Assembly: GCA_036170655.1 (NCBI GenBank)
Contig: JAVHPP010000104.1
Location: 1 to 39,516, forward strand
Length of the DNA stretch: 39,516 nucleotides
Origin: Candidatus Zixiibacteriota bacterium
GTDB taxonomy: Bacteria; Zixibacteria; MSB-5A5; WJJR01
Direction: 5' to 3'
Every line of letters begins with the position of its first letter. Positions within the stretch are counted from its first letter, which is position 1. A program made the position numbers and the translations under genes. Positions 35,506 to 39,516 of this stretch are shown here, piece by piece. The notes under the pieces are model-generated. The model saw only the letters and a program-made list of their open reading frames with translations, did no database searches and was not told the DNA's origin.

Positions 35506-38166
35506 TCACCAACCCACCAGTTGTTCGAGGTTGGCATTGATGCGGGCGACAATCATCTCGAAGTTTTCCCGCTTGGCGCGTTCTTTGGCAATGACTTCGG
35601 GCGGCGCGTTCTGGAGGAAATCCGGATTGCCGAGCTTGCGACTGATTTTTTCCAATTGGAGCGTGTTGTGATCGAGTTCCTTCTGCAGGCGGCTGCGTTC
35701 GCCCTCGAGGTCAATCACACCTTCCAGCGGGATGAAGATTTCGGCATCGCGAATCACGGCGGAGGCCGACGGCGTCGGTTTTTTCAGATCGGACGCAATC
35801 GTCAGGGTCTCGATCTTTCCCAGAATGCGGATGTTTTCCGCATAAGCCTGCAGGTTGCGCAGGAGGCGGGGGACATCGACACGAATCAAGCAGTCGATCG
35901 CGCGGGCAGGAGGGATCTTCATCTCGGATCGGACTGTGCGGATCGCCACAATGACATCAAAGACTTGCCGCATGGCCGCTTCGAGATCCTCATCCATCCA
36001 CGACGGATCGTGAACCGGCCAGGGGGCGGTCGTCACATGCTCCGTGCCGATCTCCGGCAGCCGTGCCGCCATTTGCGACCAGAGTTCCTCCGTCACAAAA
36101 GGCGCCAGCGGATGCAGCAGGCGCACAATCGACCCCAGAATTTCCAAGGAGACCTGACGGGCAATCTGTCTTTCCGGGGTATCCTCCGGCAGATAGAAGC
36201 GCGGTTTGGCCAGCTCAAGATACCAGTCACAGTAATCGCTCCAGACAAAATCATAGAGAGTCTTGGCCGCGACGTTGAACTTAAACGCCTCCAAGTTGTC
36301 GGTGACCGACTGGATCGTGTGATGCATGCGGCTGAGGATCCAGCGATCAGCCAACGGCAGATTGTCCCTCTGGTCGGCAAAGTTGGCGGCCGGTACGGGC
36401 GGGACGTCGGGCTGGTTAGCCAGAACGAGCCGGGCGGCATTCCAGAGTTTATTTGCGAAATTGCGTCCGTGTTCGAAGGTGTTCTCCGAAATCAGCGGGT
36501 CCTGTCCCTCCGGCGCCGTCAGTACCAGTGACAGCCGCAGCGCATCCGCCCCGTGCTTGTTGATGATGTCCAGCGGATTGATGCCGTTGCCCAGAGACTT
36601 GGACATGCGCCGTCCGATCGCGTCACGGACTGTGCCATGGATATAAACATCCGAGAAAGGAATCTCCCCCATGAACTCGCATCCGGCCATCACCATGCGC
36701 GCGACCCAGAGGAAGATGATCTCCGAAGCAGTGAAAATCGCCGCCGTGGGATAGAATGCCTTGAGTTCCGGCGTCTTGTCGGGCCAGCCAAATGTCGAGA
36801 ATGACCACAGCCATGAAGAAAACCACGTGTCGAGTACGTCTTCGTCTTGGGAGAAGCCGCTGCGCGTCGGTGGCGTCTTGGCGACGATGATTTCCTTCGT
36901 GGCCGCATTCTCGTAGACCGGAATCCGGTGACCCCACCAGAGCTGACGGGAGATGCACCAATCATGGATGTTTTCCATCCAGTGGAGGTAGACTTTTGAC
37001 CAATGCGCCGGGTGGAACCGGATCTGGCCGCTCTTGACGGCCTCGATGGCCGGCGGTGCCAACGCCGACATTTTCACGAACCACTGTTCTGACAGGAACG
37101 GTTCGATGATGGTGGAACATCGATAGCAGACGGCGGCGCCAAGACGATAGGGCTCTATTTTTTCCAAGAACCCTTGGGACTCGAGATCGTGCACGATCTT
37201 CGCGCGCGCCATCTCGCGAACCATGCCAGCGTAAGGACCGCCCGCGTTGGTGATGGCGCCCCGGTCGTCGATGACACTGACCACAGGCAGATTGTGCCGT
37301 TTCCCAATTTCAAAGTCATTGGCGTCGTGCGCGGGTGTGACCTTGAGGACCCCGGTTCCGAATTCCGCATCAATATAGGAATCCGAGATGACCGGAATCT
37401 GCCGCCCCACCAAGGGGAGGATCACCGACTTTCCCACAAATGCCTTGTAGCGGCTGTCCTTGGGGTTGACCGCCAACGCCGCGTCACCCAGCATCGTCTC
37501 AGGGCGCGTGGTGGCCACGACAAGATGACCTTGTCCGTCGGCCAGCGGGTAGCGGACATACCAGAGACTGCTGTCCTTCTCTTCGCGCTCCAACTCATCG
37601 TCGGAGAGTGTGGTGTGGCAGCGGGGGCACCAGTTCACAATGTAAACGCCCTTGTAAACGAGTCCTTTGTCGTAGAGCCGGACAAATACTTCTTTGACGG
37701 CCTCCGACAGCCCGTCGTCCATCGTGAACCGTGTGCGGCCCCAGTCGCAGGAGCAACCCATGCGTTTGAGTTGCTCGAGGATGGTGTTGCCGTTCTTGTT
37801 CTTCCAATCCCAGACACGCTCGAGGAATTTTTCCCGTCCCAGTGCCTCGCGCGACGTTCCTTGTGCAATCAGCTGTTTTTCGACGACGACCTGAGTGGCG
37901 ATACCGGCATGGTCAATACCCGGCAGCCATTCGACCTCATAACCCGTCATGCGTTTGTAGCGCACGAGGATGTCTTGCAACGTGTTGTTCAGGGCATGAC
38001 CGAGATGGAGCACCCCGGTCACATTGGGGGGCGGAATGACAATGGAATACTTGGGACGTTTAGCTTCCGGATCGGCGTGGAAGTATCCTTTGGCGTCCCA
38101 AGCGGCCCACCACCTGGCCTCAGCGGCTTGGGGATCGTAATTCTTCGGCAGTTGGAAATCAGTCAT
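35506..38166 (-). CDS. valS: Valine--tRNA ligase
   Basis: PPPNVTG.LHLGH (HIGH), DHAGIATQ, WCISRQLWWGHRIP, RMSKS (KMSKS), and the C-terminal coiled-coil arm. Confidence 0.99.
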   Translation of the reverse strand: MTDFQLPKNYDPQAAEARWWAAWDAKGYFHADPEAKRPKYSIVIPPPNVTGVLHLGHALNNTLQDILVRYKRMTGYEVEWLPGIDHAGIATQVVVEKQLIAQGTSREALGREKFLERVWDWKNKNGNTILEQLKRMGCSCDWGRTRFTMDDGLSEAVKEVFVRLYDKGLVYKGVYIVNWCPRCHTTLSDDELEREEKDSSLWYVRYPLADGQGHLVVATTRPETMLGDAALAVNPKDSRYKAFVGKSVILPLVGRQIPVISDSYIDAEFGTGVLKVTPAHDANDFEIGKRHNLPVVSVIDDRGAITNAGGPYAGMVREMARAKIVHDLESQGFLEKIEPYRLGAAVCYRCSTIIEPFLSEQWFVKMSALAPPAIEAVKSGQIRFHPAHWSKVYLHWMENIHDWCISRQLWWGHRIPVYENAATKEIIVAKTPPTRSGFSQDEDVLDTWFSSWLWSFSTFGWPDKTPELKAFYPTAAIFTASEIIFLWVARMVMAGCEFMGEIPFSDVYIHGTVRDAIGRRMSKSLGNGINPLDIINKHGADALRLSLVLTAPEGQDPLISENTFEHGRNFANKLWNAARLVLANQPDVPPVPAANFADQRDNLPLADRWILSRMHHTIQSVTDNLEAFKFNVAAKTLYDFVWSDYCDWYLELAKPRFYLPEDTPERQIARQVSLEILGSIVRLLHPLAPFVTEELWSQMAARLPEIGTEHVTTAPWPVHDPSWMDEDLEAAMRQVFDVIVAIRTVRSEMKIPPARAIDCLIRVDVPRLLRNLQAYAENIRILGKIETLTIASDLKKPTPSASAVIRDAEIFIPLEGVIDLEGERSRLQKELDHNTLQLEKISRKLGNPDFLQNAPPEVIAKERAKRENFEMIVARINANLEQLVGW

Positions 38167-38364
38167 CGTATGCCTCGTTCCAACGAAAAGAAGGGAAAGG
38201 GTACATCACCGGTTTTGCACAAGTCAAGCACGCATCGCAAGGACCGGTACGGACGGTAAGCACTGGCCTGCCGGTATTGAGGAGCGCATATTGTGTTTCG
38301 GCGCATCTTTCGAAAGCCAGGGGCATCGCTCATCAACAACCCACAAGAAAGAGATCGTCCACAC

Positions 38365-39171
38365 ATGAAGAAGATTCCGTCACGGAAGGCCCGTTATCGA
38401 TTCGACGATCTCGTTTCAATTATGACGCGTCTGCGGGGTCCGGGGGGGTGTCCGTGGGACCGGAAGCAGAATCATCAGTCGCTTCTCCCCTACCTTCTTG
38501 AGGAAACCTACGAAGTTGCCGACTCGATCCACCGCCGGGACATGGATGAACTGTGCACCGAACTCGGTGATCTCCTTCTCCAAGTGATCTTTCACGCGCA
38601 GCTGGCACGGGAGCGCAAACGATTTACAATTGATGATGTGGTGGACCGGATTTGCCGCAAGCTGATCGGGCGTCATCCCCATGTGTTTGGACAACGCCGT
38701 CGTCTATCGGCGCGGCAGGTGCTGGGCAACTGGGAGAAGATCAAGCTGGCAGAACCCGGCAACGGCGGAAAGACCCGTGGAGTTCTGGATGGGGTGCCGC
38801 GCGCGCTGCCCGCCCTGCTGCGTGCTTTCCGTGTGCAGGAGAAGACGTCCCGCGTGGGGTTTGACTGGGACAATCCAACAGGCGTGCTGGACAAGGTCAA
38901 TGAGGAAGTTGATGAACTGCGCCGCTCGCTTCGGAGCCACCGGAAAACGGAAATTGAGAACGAACTCGGTGACTTGCTGTTTGCCTTGGTGAATCTGGCG
39001 CGCCATTTGCACATCGATCCGGAAAGCGCCCTGTCAAAAACCAATCAGCGATTCATCCGCCGCTTTGGCTACATTGAAAAGAACCTGCCGAAGACGGGGA
39101 AACGGCTCGGCGAGGCCACCTTATCGGAGATGGACCAGCTCTGGGAGAAGGCCAAACATGTTGTGGGATAA
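38365..39171 (+). CDS. mazG: Nucleoside triphosphate pyrophosphohydrolase MazG (tandem-domain housekeeping type)
   Basis: LRGPGGCPWDR.Q, EETYE, ELGDLL, RHPHVF, WEKIK, GFDW, second EE..E / ELGDLLF, F.RRF. Confidence 0.96.
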   Translation: MKKIPSRKARYRFDDLVSIMTRLRGPGGCPWDRKQNHQSLLPYLLEETYEVADSIHRRDMDELCTELGDLLLQVIFHAQLARERKRFTIDDVVDRICRKLIGRHPHVFGQRRRLSARQVLGNWEKIKLAEPGNGGKTRGVLDGVPRALPALLRAFRVQEKTSRVGFDWDNPTGVLDKVNEEVDELRRSLRSHRKTEIENELGDLLFALVNLARHLHIDPESALSKTNQRFIRRFGYIEKNLPKTGKRLGEATLSEMDQLWEKAKHVVG

Positions 39172-39359
39172 AGAAATACGCTTGCGTCTGTCAGACCACA
39201 AGACGGGTTTGACTGACAGACACGAGATAGTTCATTCTTGCGCACGAGCTGTGAATCCCGGTGTCAAGAGTTGCATTGACCGGCGGAGAAAAGACTTGAC
39301 CGATTCGATCAGCAGACATTAAATGCGCGCGATGTGCGTGACAAAAGATGATTGTTTAT

Positions 39360-39375
39360 CGTGATTTTTTTCACT
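39360..39375. promoter_or_regulatory. CRP/FNR-family-like palindromic site
   Basis: cGTGA-tttttt-TCACt has the TGTGA-N6-TCACA spacing. It sits in an AT-rich intergenic region ~90 nt upstream of the next start, with TATACT at 39385-39390. Confidence 0.35.
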
Positions 39376-39466
39376 CACTGTGTGTATACTCAGATGGGGA
39401 TGGAGACATTTCTTGGAGTGGTTGGACTTGCTTAACCAACAGAAAACTATGAAAGGAGCAGCAGAG

Positions 39467-39516
39467 ATGAAACAGATCGGATTGGCCTTATCGGTGGCTG
39501 CATGTCTGGCGCTTGC
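39467..39516 (+). CDS. 5' end of a probable secreted protein, truncated by the window edge
   Basis: AAAGGAG RBS, then ATG; MKQIGLALSVAACLAL looks like a Sec signal peptide. Confidence 0.65.
   Translation, partial: MKQIGLALSVAACLAL

Noticed and set aside
1735..35552. Long N-terminal extensions in the ORF track for ftsA, murC, murF, murE, the GNAT, the PorZ-like gene, purM and the DUF4139-like gene
   Set aside because: Most overlap upstream genes. Downstream starts with an RBS or stop/start overlap fit the family N-termini better.
35521..38259. Long + strand ORFs antisense to valS
   Set aside because: Antisense shadows of a highly conserved gene.
38365..39171. MazG as part of a toxin-antitoxin or anti-phage system
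   Set aside because: It is the full-length tandem-domain housekeeping form, with no mazEF or defence genes nearby.
1..39516. tRNA, rRNA, transposase, integrase or prophage genes
   Set aside because: No such signatures recognised by eye; nearly all the sequence is explained by the listed CDSs.

Overview
GC-rich bacterial chromosomal region made mostly of core genes. The FlgD/T9SS-type C-terminal sorting domains and a PorZ-like gene suggest an FCB-superphylum organism such as a Zixibacteria-like lineage (inference only). (1) Bases 1-413 hold several different palindromic REP/RPE-like repeats just downstream of ftsZ. (2) Bases 417-17189 (- strand) are a dcw cluster, mraZ-rsmH-ftsL-ftsI-murE-murF-mraY-murD-ftsW-murG-murC-ftsQ-ftsA-ftsZ, with no murB or ddl. 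A four-repeat MraZ box lies upstream, and rsmH has an anomalous 5' end. (3) A secreted gingipain-family (C25) peptidase with a C-terminal sorting domain (+ strand) converges on a - strand run: priA, purM, lnt, PorZ-like propeller protein, FemAB/VimA-like GNAT, GT4, GT4, GT2. (4) The rest is a secreted TPR protein, a DUF4139-like protein, valS, mazG and the start of a secreted protein cut by the window edge. The best novelty candidate is the C25 + PorZ-like + GNAT + glycosyltransferase + lnt block, which resembles a clustered T9SS-type cargo-to-glycolipid attachment module. Exported proteins are also enriched in Bacteroidota-type O-glycosylation sequons. Start coordinates were refined by hand from RBS, gene overlaps and family N-termini.
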